From Octopus bimaculoides (lineage: Eukaryota): a stretch of 64,000 nt of DNA. Position numbers and translations under genes: made by a program. Below are positions 13,233 to 26,700 of the stretch, piece after piece. Within the stretch, counting starts at the first letter, position 1. Every line of letters starts with the position of its first letter. Under the pieces are notes generated by a model. That model did no database searches, was not told the DNA's origin, and saw nothing but the letters and a program-made list of their open reading frames with translations. The DNA is taken from NCBI RefSeq assembly GCF_001194135.2, contig NC_068995.1:54194846-54258845 (forward strand). Direction: 5' to 3'.

Positions 13233-14595
13233 AGTACGGTTGTCGGGCAAAGTAACTATAGGAAAAGAGATGTACTTTGTCATGACGCAAAAATCGATTG
13301 CGAAATGAATGAATAAAACACAACTAAACAGTGCACTATCAATAGTTTAAAAAGTGATGTAATATTACTAATAGAAATACTAATANNNNNNNNNNNNNNN
13401 NNNNNNNNNNNNNNNNNNNNNNNNNNNNNNNNNNNNNNNNNNNNNNNNNNNNNNNNNNNNNNNNNNNNNNNNNNNNNNNNNNNNNNNNNNNNNNNNNNNN
13501 NNNNNNNNNNNNNNNNNNNNNNNNNNNNNNNNNNNNNNNNNNNNNNNNNNNNNNNNNNNNNNNNNNNNNNNNNNNNNNNNNNNNNNNNNNNNNNNNNNNN
13601 NNNNNNNNNNNNNNNNNNNNNNNNNNNNNNNNNNNNNNNNNNNNNNNNNNNNNNNNNNNNNNNNNNNNNNNNNNNNNNNNNNNNNNNNNNNNNNNNNNNN
13701 NNNNNNNNNNNNNNNNNNNNNNNNNNNNNNNNNNNNNNNNNNNNNNNNNNNNNNNNNNNATATATATATATAGTTCCATTTTTATATTGACATATATATA
13801 TATGCATGTATATATACATATATATATATATGTATACACACACACATAATTGTATATATATATATATATATTTATTTATGTATGTATATATCATTCTACA
13901 CTAAATTTCCTGTAAGAGATATTGGAATTGCTTGCATAAGATGTATTGATAGATAGAAAAATAAATCAAAAGAACGCTCTATATTTGTCTGTGATAGAAT
14001 AGAAAAAAAATGTCATTAAACGGCATCAGTCTTTTATAAAACCTTTAGAAGTTATTCATGGATATAAAGTTAGATACATAATGCAAATATATTAGTGAAA
14101 CGTCAAAAAGTTATTCATGGAAAGAAATGAAATTATTTTTTTGCTATTAAAATGCCTTAGCAAGATATTGAAATAGGGTTTTAAAGAAATTGTGTTATTT
14201 TTTCTCATTAAACAAGTAAAATATAGAAATCTGATGATTGAAATAGAAACTTAGGTGATTTAAATTGACAATAACGCAATTTTAAAAGTAAATCGCGATT
14301 ACAGATGAACGCAAAAAAAATTTTTGTAATATGAAAATATGAAGTGAAATATCTATAAATATGAAAATATAATCTATGAGAGTTGATAGATGAGCGAGAA
14401 AATATGTGTAATTCTCGGAGTTCTGTAAATAAACAATATATATATATATGTATAGAGTGTGAGAGGGGGAGAGAGCTAACGATATTGATATAGATGAAGA
14501 TATACGTATTAATAGATATATCATATGCATACATACCTACCTACATACCTATCTACACATACACACATATATATACATAGATACATATGTATATA

Positions 14596-14647
<52 letters not shown>

Positions 14648-15105
14648 NNNNNNNNNNNNNNNNNNNNNNNNNNNNNNNNNNNNNNNNNNNNNNNNNNNNN
14701 NNNNNNNNNNNNNNNNNNNNNNNNNNNNNNNNNNNNNNNNNNNNNNNNNNNNNNNNNNNNNNNNNNNNNNNNNNNNNNNNNNNNNNNNNNNNNNNNNNNN
14801 NNNNNNNNNNNNNNNNNNNNNNNNNNNNNNNNNNNNNNNNNNNNNNNNNNNNNNNNNNNNNNNNNNNNNNNNNNNNNNNNNNNNNNNNNNNNNNNNNNNN
14901 NNNNNNNNNNNNNNNNNNNNNNNNNNNNNNNNNNNNNNNNNNNNNNNNNNNNNNNNNNNNNNNNNNNNNNNNNNNNNNNNNNNNNNNNNNNNNNNNNNNN
15001 NNNNNNNNNNNNNNNNNNNNNNNNNNNNNNNNNNNNNNNNNNNNNNNNNNNNNNNNNNNNNNNNNNNNNNNNNNNNNNNNNNNNNNNNNNNNNNNNNNNN
15101 NNNNN

Positions 15106-15140
<35 letters not shown>

Positions 15141-15653
15141 TATATACATACACGCAGACAAACGCACGCGTACACAGGATCACACACAAACACATACACA
15201 TATGTACTCAGACAACACGCACTGGAGCGCGCAAACACACACACAAAAATATGCAAATATATATATTTAATATGTACGTACATATGAAAATAAATAAATA
15301 GATATTTAACGTAATAACTAAGAATTTGGGTACAGAGAGAGTTAAAGTGAAATATTATATTCAATAACGATGAAACTGTATATGTAAATGTTTATTAAAA
15401 TGTATCACACAAACATAAATTTCATAAATGATACACACCTATAGAGACACATTTACATGCAGCCGCCACAAAACTGCCAACCATACTACCACGAATTCTT
15501 ATTAAATACATAAATATTGAAACTAAATAGATTTCACTGGAAAAATATAACTTTAAGATATATTTTGTACATAAGCATATTATGAAAGTGTATTTTCCTT
15601 CAACGTGGTTTATGAACGAACGGCAATTTTAATGAGTTTATGAATTCTGTGAC

Positions 15654-15695
<42 letters not shown>

Positions 15696-15794
15696 AATAC
15701 ATATATATTTATATATTTCTAATTTTGCCACATAATGAAACTAATGTTCATTGTACATAAATACACATATATGCACACACAAAACTATCCACAG

Positions 15795-15860
<66 letters not shown>

Positions 15861-16495
15861 GTGTATATATACATCTATACACATATACATGTATATATAC
15901 AAATGTACGTACATTTATAAGTGCATTGCTGCATATTGAAGTATATGTACTGCGTATATGCCTTCATACCAGATTATGAAAAAATAATTGAGATAAATTA
16001 AGCTATATTGATTTGTACATATGTAATGTTAAAAATGAAATCCTTTTGTCTGTCGCTGATATAAAATCCAGCGATGCTTTGACGTCGTAATAACTGATTA
16101 TTTTTTTTACAAATTAATTGATTGTAATATCTAGAAACAGTGCCATGCGGTTTCAATAACCGATTGGTTTGCTATACAACGCCTGTAATAATTCCTTTTT
16201 TATCTACGGCTAAATATATTGCGCACACATCTCGGAAGTAATAGCGTACTAACTTTATATCAAACATATTGTATCACTTAGTATGTGTGTAAATACTTAT
16301 GAGTTGGGACATCATATACATACAGAGATTCTTAGATACATAAATACATACGTTCCTAAACACACACACACACATGCATGCATACATTTTCCCAAACACA
16401 TATATATTAAATTTACAAGGCTGCATGCAACTTCGAACCTCGGCCGTTGTCACCTTCATCAAAGTCATGTTTATATGTAAAATTGAGCCACCAAC

Positions 16496-16499
16496 TCTT

Positions 16500-16555
<56 letters not shown>

Positions 16556-16565
16556 TCTCTTTATT

Positions 16566-16624
<59 letters not shown>

Positions 16625-16625
16625 G
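16496..16625. repeat. Compound (CT)n-(AC)n-(AT)n microsatellite
   Basis: Directly visible. Confidence 0.97.
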
Positions 16626-17927
16626 TATGTATATATATGTAGCAAGACGGCGGTGCATCAGCATGGCCGCAGCTTTCAGCTGAAATTATAGAAAATAAAA
16701 ATATTCACACGCTCATATATGACCTACGTTGGACCCCTTATTCACATAAACACTGAGCCTGGAGCTTAACTATGGTCTATCCATAGTACTTACTCAGCAT
16801 TACCTGAAATCTCTGGGTCTAATTGACAAACAAACAAAACACGCGAGCTGAACGAGAGTTACGTACGTACAAGATCATTATTTGCCTTTGATGGGACTGT
16901 GAAGGGATAATCTACTTCAAAATGACTGAAAACAACCACAAAGTCAATGTAGTGATTTACATTCAGCAAATGAACCGTTTCAACATTACAATACAACTGA
17001 AACTACATGACAAGTGTCCCGAAGTATTTATTGAACACGACAACGTTCTAGACTACGTCACTGATTTGAGAAGTTCTATCGACCCAAACGTATTCTGCTT
17101 GTAGAGGGCCTTCAGATTACTGACTTTGGTTGTCGCTCTCCAATAGTCTCCAAGGCGTTTCGTCCAAGAACATTATGAAGATAGGGTTGCTTAACGAATA
17201 ATTAGAGACCGTACCCGGTAATGTCTACAGTCAAATCACTACAAAGCTAGCGGTAGTGTTAACTAAACGTTGTGAAAAATGAAGTAGAATATATTATTGA
17301 CTTATTCTTTAAAACTGTTCAAAAATTAGATTAAAACATAATGGAGAGTCGAGCGAATTTTTCTGACACCCAAATAGGAATATATTTCGGTCTTTCCCTC
17401 ATCCCTACCCTCTCTGTGTTTCTTTGCCCGTTTTGTGTGTCTGTGTGTGTATATACGTGAGTGTGGGTGAGTGGGTGTTTGTATGTGTGTATGTGTGTGA
17501 GAGTATGAGAGTACAACCACTATTTTTATATTTGTGTGACAGCTGGATCTATTACAATATATAAGTATGTACGAATATTTATTTGGAACGTTGTTGTTCA
17601 GTACGCATTTATGATAGAAATATTATTTTTATAACTATAATTTTCTTCCCAAAGTGGAAGGCGTGTTTCATTTTATACAATTTTAATAAATATGCAAAAC
17701 TACCTTTCATCATAAATCATGTGTTGCGTCAAAGTGAGGATAGATATAGAAAAAGGGGAGGATTTCCATTGTATGCATAAAAAGAACATCTATGTATTAT
17801 GTCATGGATGTATTCATTTTTATACAACTGTCTGGAAACACATTTACACCTAGTAATCTATCTATCTCTCTGTATATCTATGTATGTATGTATCTATCTT
17901 TCTGTTTGTCTGTCACCCGCTCTATCC

Positions 17928-17959
<32 letters not shown>

Positions 17960-18452
17960 GGTAAAAGGACAACAAAAACCAAGGCAGAACGAATATCTCA
18001 AGTCATTTTGAATAGTTAATTAGAGTAAGGTGAATTTGTAGTAATAAATCAATTAATTATTTAATTAATGGATGCCTTACAGCTGGATCTGGGATATCCT
18101 AAGTGATAGTTTAGCATCTTCATACAATGGGTATTCCATCATCATGGAAAAAGTGAGTATATATGGAATTTCTAGACAGAGAGTTCACAGTTTATAAAGG
18201 AATGAATCGATAAAATAGTAGATAGAAGAATAAAGAGTATATAGTAGAATCCAGATAGAAGAATGCCTCCTGTTACGTTCTTGTTCCATTTTTTTTCTTT
18301 TTATATATACATATAGCGGCGTACGTATACGTTTGGTCTCTTATATGTAAATACATATATATTTATCTATATTCTGAACGACTCTCTTATTCTTTCGTCC
18401 CCTCCCAGCGGTAGAAGCTGTGCAAAAGTAATAAGAATCATAACAATAAATA

Positions 18453-18888
18453 TACCATATAGTTGATGTTGCATGCCCGCTTGACCCACGAATGGTCAAC
18501 AAGCAAGATAAAAAGATAGATATGGCCCCATTAAGTACGAAATAGCCCGGCTGTGGAAAATGAAGAAGTTTAAGATAGTGCCAATTACTGTTGGGACCTT
18601 GTAATAGCCCGCCTGTGGAAAATGAAGAAGTTTAAGATAGTGCCAATTACTGTTGGGACCTTGTGAACAGTATCAGAAGTCATCATAAGGAATATAAAGG
18701 AAATAGGAATAGCGTGCCCAAGAGAACTGTTACAAAAAGTTTGCCTCATTGGCACGGTCACAATATTCAGTAAATTGTTAGATAGCTGAAAAGAACGAAT
18801 AGCATGGTACCGTAGGCTACAGGTAGTATGCCCGCTAAGCATGCAAGACTCCAGGAGCTCCAACAGAACCTGTGATAATAATAATAAT
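18453..18888 (+). mobile_element. 5'-truncated R4/Dong-like LINE 3' end (REL endonuclease) with (TAA)n tail
   Basis: IVDVACPLDPRM..., YGPIKYEIARLWKMKKFKIVPITVGTL*TVSEVIIRNIKEIGIACPRELLQKVCLIGTVTIFSKLLDS*, then 3'UTR and TGATAATAATAATAAT. Confidence 0.85.
18541..18664 (+). repeat. 62-bp tandem duplication (2 copies, 1 mismatch)
   Basis: 18541-18602 versus 18603-18664 differ only at unit position 10 (G/C). Confidence 0.95.
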
Positions 18889-18898
18889 TCATATATAA

Positions 18899-18900
<2 letters not shown>

Positions 18901-18974
<74 letters not shown>
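18901..18974. repeat. (AT)n microsatellite
   Basis: Directly visible. Further (AT)n tracts near 1296, 13198, 14600, 15106, 15655, 15797, 17927, 35563 and 38680. Confidence 0.97.
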
Positions 18975-18978
<4 letters not shown>

Positions 18979-21149
18979 GTATTGTTATGTATTGTTTTAT
19001 GTAGTGTTATATATGTTTATGTATTGTTTTATATATATATATATATATTGTTATATATATATATAAATGTAGTGTAAGAATCATACACAGACAGATTTGC
19101 TCACTGTTACGGTAATGCTCGCATAGACGCTCACACAAACTCTTATATCCGTGTGAGTTTGTGTATTTACGTATGGATTCCACTTCGAATTTCTACAATT
19201 GTCTTTGTGCATATTTTATTTTATTTCTGTTTTCTTGGGTGTATGCTTGTGTATATTCTTGTGTATATGCTCACACTGCATTAGTTTTCTACTTAATCTG
19301 AACAAGAATGTAAAACTATTTTATATTGCTTTGCAATCTCGTTATTTGCATTGTGATACATATCCTAACATTTTTGTAATCTTGTGATATTATGCCGCAG
19401 TACACCATTCAGCTCATCATTATGTTATTTTACATTTTCTGTCTCTCTTCTATGTATTCTTTTGATTGCCAATACTAACTGAATAAAGTAGACTGAGATG
19501 GAATATTTTCCATCCATTTTCTTATTTCCTGAGTAGGTAATATCATTCTTATATTATTTTGTCTCCAATAAACAACATTGAGGTTATATCCGTCTTCTTA
19601 TTATTAATACGAGACAAGGTCAATATATTCAGACTTAAGCACGAATGGTATCTATATCTCGAACTATAAATGATTTTCTTTTTTTGGAGAAATATTTATG
19701 TCTGCGAAATATTCCTGAAATTTAATGGCATAATTTCAAAATATCCATTTCTTTTTAAAGAAAGCAAAAATGACTTCGAGTCTTACTATAAATTATGTAA
19801 TTAAATTTTTTAGTTTATTAGCTGGAATTATTTAATGAAGTGTTATTACTGAGATATTGGCTAAAAAAGGACATATTAAACTCACGCAACAAAGTTCATA
19901 TACACATATGTATATGTGCAAACAAACACCTCTACCTAAATATATGACATACATACATAATACATACATTAATACATACATACATATAGACAACTCCGAA
20001 TGACCAGTCCTTGTTTTTTCCTTCCCTGTTTGTATCGTCTAACTGTCCGGAATTTTGGTTGCCGCCTGTTACATTCTTGTTCTACTTTTTGCTTTTAAAT
20101 ATACATATATAGCGGCGTACGTACACTTTTGGTCTCTTATATGTAAGTACATATATATTTATCTTAGACTTACTTCGTATATAAACTGGGGAAGATCTAT
20201 TTATGTATACAGTGTAATTTATCAATTTTATGTGATTTAAATAAGTCTACCCCGAAATAGCAGTGTCCAGTATTCTTATTTCTCTCAGAATCGGTGTATT
20301 TGAATGCATGGTATATGCTAATCAGATTGTTATTTCATTATTTTCATCAAAGACAATAAATTCTACATCATAGTACCAACATCAATTTATATCCTCGAAA
20401 TAAAAGTGATTGATAAAAAAGTAATGTAATACAGTATCATTTGTTATCTCAACAAAGATCTTGCCAAAATGTTTCTGGTAACGATGGAGGATACCCACAC
20501 CAATATACACCCCAGTCAACTTGAGCTGGCGATCAAACGTAGTTTTGAATCAGTAAAATCAAAAGATTTGAATAATTTGGATTAAATGTTGATAAATGAT
20601 TGTAAGTAGATACTGAAGTCCCTGACGCCTTCATAAGACTCTGACATATTAATTGTGATGGATTTTAGATTTGGCACACAAATTTACATGCGAATAAATG
20701 ATAAGATAATTAGAAATATAGTTAAATGTATAAAACTGGTAGACTGGTCCGGAGATCTGATTATACCATCAAGTGATAGTTTATGGTTAGTGCCATAGAT
20801 CTAGCGATAATAATAGGATGTAATATAAGGTAAAACTTTTTTTAATAATCCTGCTGTATATAGTAAGGGGAATTTTTTTACACAGATATATGACTGGCCA
20901 CATAGTTGCTACTCGTAGTAAACAAAACGAATAAAGCTGCATCAATTTTCAGGAATGTCACTGAATTAAGACTGGACTAAACTCATTGAGAGGTCTATTG
21001 AATACTTCATATCAGCCAAACGCGACCAAACTATAATTGATTCGAAGAACGTTTTCGTAAACTACTTTTGCTTTTCAATATCGCCGTGTCCTTGGGAAAA
21101 TACGATGGTTGTTACTTTCTCTAACTGCTCTTATTTACACCCCACCCGA

Positions 21150-21530
21150 AATTATGATTATTCTCTCGAGTAGAACTTGTGATACCCATATAATTAGTTT
21201 CTAGTCTTCTCAGGCTATCAGTAGAGAAACAAAGTCATTCTTCTCTCCAGCGACAGTTTGTAGCATGCAGATATTTATTCTGAAGTGGCTGATGAGGTTT
21301 CGATAATTTATTTGAATATATGCACGTTGATAGCGGGGATAATTCATTGATTTCCCATATAGTAAAGAGCCAGCGATGTTCGGATACTTCTAATGAAGAA
21401 GGGACCTCTTTCATTGTGGGTGAATTTAGAAAGATTTGGAAGAGTTCTGTTTCAGCTCAACTTTTTCATCCTCGGATCGGAAACGATTGTAAAACGTGGT
21501 GTGGTCATTTGCTTTTACATTCAGTCTAAA
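21150..21530 (-). mobile_element. Possible Penelope-like GIY-YIG endonuclease C-terminal remnant
   Basis: Broken frames FYNRF, IWEIN, CYKLSLER..L and TRN..HKF follow the recalled pattern RY.NH..IW.LK..C.LCL.EK..LN..H.KF. Weak. Confidence 0.3.
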
Positions 21531-21628
21531 CTTGTGTGACTATTGAAAAGTTATACAGTATAATATAATGCAAGTAATACTAAAATGGCGTACATGGCAA
21601 CACACAAACACACACGTGTGTGCGTGCG

Positions 21629-21670
<42 letters not shown>

Positions 21671-23720
21671 CACGTACATGTGTGTATGTGTGCTTGTGTT
21701 TGTGTGCATATAAGAGACTTTACATATATCATTCTGCAAGTGTTAACTTCTCTATAATTAATGCCTATTTTCTTTAGAACTTCTCTATCGTTTGAAGTAC
21801 ATTCATTTCAAAAGTTTTATTTCTAAGATATTATTCTTTGAGAAATACAATATTTATTATTGGAACATTTTATTTCATGTATACAAGCGGTTTATTTCAA
21901 GTATTCCCCTTGCTTCTCTGTGCTGATAGATAACTACTTCAGTCTTTCGTTTCTGCTGTGCTATGGAGTTTTGATTAAGAGTTCGAAAGAATATATTTGA
22001 CTGTTTTGGCTAACTATAAAAATGCATGCCTATCAATTTTCATGACTTGCCATTGGTTTCATTTGCTAACGATATTTTATGTGATATTTTTGATAAGAGT
22101 AGAAGGCATATTCCAATGTGTTTTCTACAGCCTGGATTCTTCCTCGAGTGTGGGTGTAATGATAGAATACGAATGACAGACATCATGATATAGTAAGCTA
22201 ATTATTACATGTAGGAAAAGCTATATCAAAGAAACTACACTAGTTTAACACAGTTACTAAGATATCAACTGATGCATGTCTGAATATTAGCGGATATAAT
22301 AAATTATACCCGACACGATTATCTGAAGAAAATATATCTATATTTACGCTGGATGAGTTACTCATTACTTACCGAATATATATGACTTAGTCTAGACTAT
22401 ATTCAGAAGTATCAATGTCCTATAATTAATTCTTTTACAAATATTATGTTTCCTTTCTGAATATTACAGTACTTATACACATCGGGTTATATAACCGTGT
22501 GGTTGTTCGGTAAGAAATTGTCGAACTCTATTACGTTGTCTAGCGACACACACACACACGCAGACATTTGTGAGATAATAAAACCAATGGTTTATACTTT
22601 GTAGCCTACTGGTAAAACACGGTCACTTTCATCGTGTTCGTTGTGTATATTTAGCTTGTTAAGAAACATATTAGCAACACTGGCAGCATTAATGGTGATA
22701 GGTAATATTTATCTAAACTTGGATGTCCTATTAGAACAAATTTTACAACGGTAATTGCCATGTGAGAAACTGTCATGTTGTGTGAGTGTGTGTGTGTATN
22801 NNNNNNNNNNNNNNNNNNNNNNNNNNNNNNNNNNNNNNNNNNNNNNNNNNNNNNNNNNNNNNNNNNNNNNNNNNNNNNNNNNNNNNNNNNNNNNNNNNNN
22901 NNNNNNNNNNNNNNNNNNNNNNNNNNNNNNNNNNNNNNNNNNNNNNNNNNNNNNNNNNNNNNTGTTTATGTATTTATGTTGCGACCTTTATACTATTGCA
23001 AGAATTTGAAGAATCGATCTTTCTGCGAAAAGTGAGTGATACCACTACATGCACCTAGAAGCGTACAGAATTATATTTACACACACACACAAGTCAAACA
23101 CACAAACACTCGCACATAAACATATATATGCATAGAAATATTAGTATTTATCAATTTCACTGTCTTTCTAAGCATCTGTAGGCATCATGGAATGATATTT
23201 GAATACTTCTGCGTTGCTGTTTTAAATTAATATCTGTAAAGGCGAGTCATTTACTCCAAAAAATATTTTATTTGTATCTAATCTCTGTGTTTGATTGCGT
23301 GTAGTCTTCATGGCAGTCATTTTCTTCCAGAAAAAAAGTGGGTCATTAGGTTAAAAACCTTAGCTAAATAATTATGTAAATTTGTTTTTAACACCGATTG
23401 ATAATTTTCTTTCCAAATTTAAAAAAAACAATAATTCCAGGCTTATGACATCGTGTGAAATAAATTATAACAAACTGGATAAAATTGAATTTAGTCAGTC
23501 TCATTAAAAGTATTCTTTCGGGCAAACTTTTACTAGATTATGTATAAATATTTTGAAGTACAGATGGACCACAGAATACGCTGCGGCTCACATCAGGTTC
23601 CTTAACTATGAATAGGCATTAAAAAATTCAAACTAGAGAAGACCACGCTTATTCTGTATATGATTAAGAAACTTTACTTTTGACGTCATATCCTTTTATT
23701 ATTTTACTCTTTTAATTTTT

Positions 23721-24101
23721 TATTTGTTTCAGTCATTTGACTGCGGCCATGCTGGAGTACTGCCTTTAGTCGAACAAATCAACCCCAGGATTTATTCTTT
23801 GTAAGCCTAGTACGTATTCTATCGGTCACTTTTGCTGAACTGCTAAGTTATGAGGACGTAAACATATCAACATCTGTTGTGAAGCGATGGGGTGGGGTGG
23901 TGTTCAAACACAGACACACTAGCATATACATATATATATACATACGACGGGCTTCTTTCAGTTTTCGTCTACCAAATCCACTCACAAGGCTTTGGTCAGC
24001 ACGAGGCTATAGTAAAAAAAACCCAAGTTGCCACACAGTGGGACTGAACCCGGGACCATGTGGTTGGTAAGCAAGCTACTTACCACAATCCAGTCCTGCC
24101 C
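23721..24101 (-). mobile_element. Near full-length tRNA-derived SINE (CORE-like central domain, internal (AT)n), octopus type
   Basis: Reverse head GGCAGGA..GTGGTAAGTAGCTTGCT..GGTCCCGGGTTCAGTCCC (A/B boxes), body CAAAGCCTTGTGAGTGGATTTGGTAGACG, tail CAGCATGGCCGCAGTCAAATGACTGAAAC. Confidence 0.85.
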
Positions 24102-24921
24102 ATATTTAGCTATTTTAACTTTGTAGCTTCACAATCGACCGCTAGTGTTTTACCAACTTCCATTCCATTAAATACTCTTAAGACTGTCATACATTAATGC
24201 AAGTACCACCTCAAATACTTTCACTCACTATGTATTCAAAGGATTATAAAATACTTAATACCAAATTAATTTCTTAACTTCCCAGAAATTCATGAAATTT
24301 ACTTGACGAAGGCAGTGTGAAAGTTCGTTGGATCGTTTCATTTGTTGTAACTTAGACTTAATTTACCTATCAGTGTCCATAGATCCTCTTTAGCGAAGAC
24401 TAATATATAGAAAATATTCTGAATGCGTCTTTGGTGTCTTTTACTCTCTTAATGTTCTAGTTCTTGCAAAAATGTCCTAAGCATTAAGTATCTTCTCTTG
24501 CGAAAACATAAATAATCTAATCATCTAGTTAATTACTACTTGAATGAAACACATCTGATGCACCGAAAATAATATTACCTATCGGAAGAATGAAATTGGA
24601 AAGTAGCGCAGCGTAGTTCTATCTAATACATGTAATATTTCAGAGACGAAAAATACAGTTAGAAAATATCTGTAAACGAATATTTATCAACTGCCATGTT
24701 TAGAGTAGAATTTTCCCAAATAAATTGATCCATGGAATCAGAGAAAGCAAACTAATTCTATTGTTGAATGCATATCCTTTGATGCTAAGGATTTTAGTTG
24801 AAGACAGTAGCATTAGTGCATGTTATTGTGAAAACTAGATCTTGATGTAAAGAAAGGGCTTTGAAGTTGCTTTACATATAACCTGAAAAGGCGATAATCA
24901 ATTGCTTGTGAGCACGTTATC

Positions 24922-24955
<34 letters not shown>

Positions 24956-24970
24956 ATATATACGCTTGTA

Positions 24971-25002
<32 letters not shown>

Positions 25003-25265
25003 NNNNNNNNNNNNNNNNNNNNNNNNNNNNNNNNNNNNNNNNNNNNNNNNNNNNNNNNNNNNNNNNNNNNNNNNNNNNNNNNNNNNNNNNNNNNNNNNNN
25101 NNNNNNNNNNNNNNNNNNNNNNNNNNNNNNNNNNNNNNNNNNNNNNNNNNNNNNNNNNNNNNNNNNNNNNNNNNNNNNNNNNNNNNNNNNNNNNNNNNNN
25201 NNNNNNNNNNNNNNNNNNNNNNNNNNNNNNNNNNNNNNNNNNNNNNNNNNNNNNNNNNNNNNNNN

Positions 25266-25297
<32 letters not shown>

Positions 25298-25974
25298 CAT
25301 GCGCATATATATATATGTATGTTTGTGTGCGCGCATGCGTATGAATATGTATATACGCATATACGTATGCACGTATAGAGAATAGAGTGGAATTTGATAA
25401 TGCTAAATCATTGATGAAATAGATCACATACGATAATTAGCATTATAGCCGCAAGAAAATAGCATTGTTATGAGATAATAGCTGATCCACAGATCTGCAT
25501 TTAAGGATGTCTTAAAGGCGCTTATCTATTATGCACAAATATATTGTTAGAATGAAATACTTGTATAAGCATGGATTATATTCGGAATTTGAGGCATGCA
25601 AAGAAACATCGCTAATGAATTGTTTGACACAATAGATTCAATTTTAGTAGAACCACGTGACTTGTGGAGCTTAAGAAATATTTCGCGCATGAATGCTACA
25701 AAAATAACAATTGTAAGCTGACATAGAAATCAGTCATAGATATATAGTCCTGAAGTACATTTATTTTTTCATAAAAGAGAAAACGTTGCTTGAAGTCTGA
25801 TTTATATTATAATGTACGTACATTCACTCACGTACACATCTCACACACACAAACACACACACACACAAACACGCAAACACACAAACATGCAAACATAGAT
25901 ACTTACATACACGCATACGTAAGTACGTAAGTACCACCTACCGACATACCCACTACCGCCTACCTACCTACCTC

Positions 25975-25976
25975 CC

Positions 25977-26009
<33 letters not shown>

Positions 26010-26020
26010 GCATACATACA
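25975..26020. repeat. (TACA)n tetranucleotide repeat
   Basis: Directly visible. A related (TATG)n tract lies at 26846-26900. Confidence 0.9.
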
Positions 26021-26088
26021 TACGTGCGTACATAAATATATGCTGGGCATTAGGGTTAAATATGACGGTTTTTATTCCTTTTTTACAG

Positions 26089-26700
26089 GGATGCTTGATG
26101 TATAGGTCAACAGTGAACGGCGTTGGAGAGCATAAGCGTCGCTGAGAAGACGTCAGCTGATATGCAGGACCGGGACATAATTATTGGCACAGGATATAAA
26201 AATGCCGACATCGTCACTTCTGCTGAAAGACATGACATGGAGAGCTGCAATTGAGACCACGATACCTTGGGCATCATGGGTGGGGGGCACAGCAGATGTT
26301 CTAATTGAGTGCACACTTCGAAATTCATCCAGCAACTACAGGAAGAGTGTTTTAGGCTCATTGCAGATAGCCATGTGAAGCGGCTGGAAACTGTGGTCAA
26401 ATCCCGGCTTGAAAACCATGTGTAGCAGCAAGATTCGGTTCCTTACCATGACTCCAGGAAGAGTCGTTGTCAGAATATGTCTAGGACATACAAGCCACAA
26501 TTTCTGGTCTACTAACCACCTCCTAGTGAAATCCCGTGGATTAATATGTATGAGACGTGGCTTAGAAAGATACCAACCGCTCTACATAAAGTACCAATCC
26601 CGAGCTGGTGGCCAATTCCAAGAAGGTTTCCGAAAATGGCAAAGAAAATATGGATGTTTTGTGTTATAAGCAAAGTAGGGATAACCGAACAATATACGAA
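26089..26700 (+). mobile_element. Decayed AP-endonuclease region of a LINE (probably RTE-like)
   Basis: GC-richer island with broken frames: YRST..E..*EDV, RDIIIGTGYKNADI (cf. DxIIxGDxNA), WSNPG..KIRF (cf. TW..P...IDY), STNHLLV (cf. SDH). Confidence 0.45.

Larger units (their letters stand above)
18269..20164 (+). repeat. Pair of about 100-bp direct repeats at 18269-18368 and 20065-20164
   Basis: Shared CCTGTTAC.TTCTTGTTC..ATATAGCGGCGTACGTA.AC.TTTGGTCTCTTATATGTAA.TACATATATATTTATCT. Confidence 0.8.

Noticed and set aside
22470-22509. Plus-strand microexon-like segments (also 61790-61804 and about 7800-7829)
   Set aside because: Good splice signals but no coherent chain; the first overlaps a SINE-head-like remnant. 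Kept as evidence that such pairs arise by chance.
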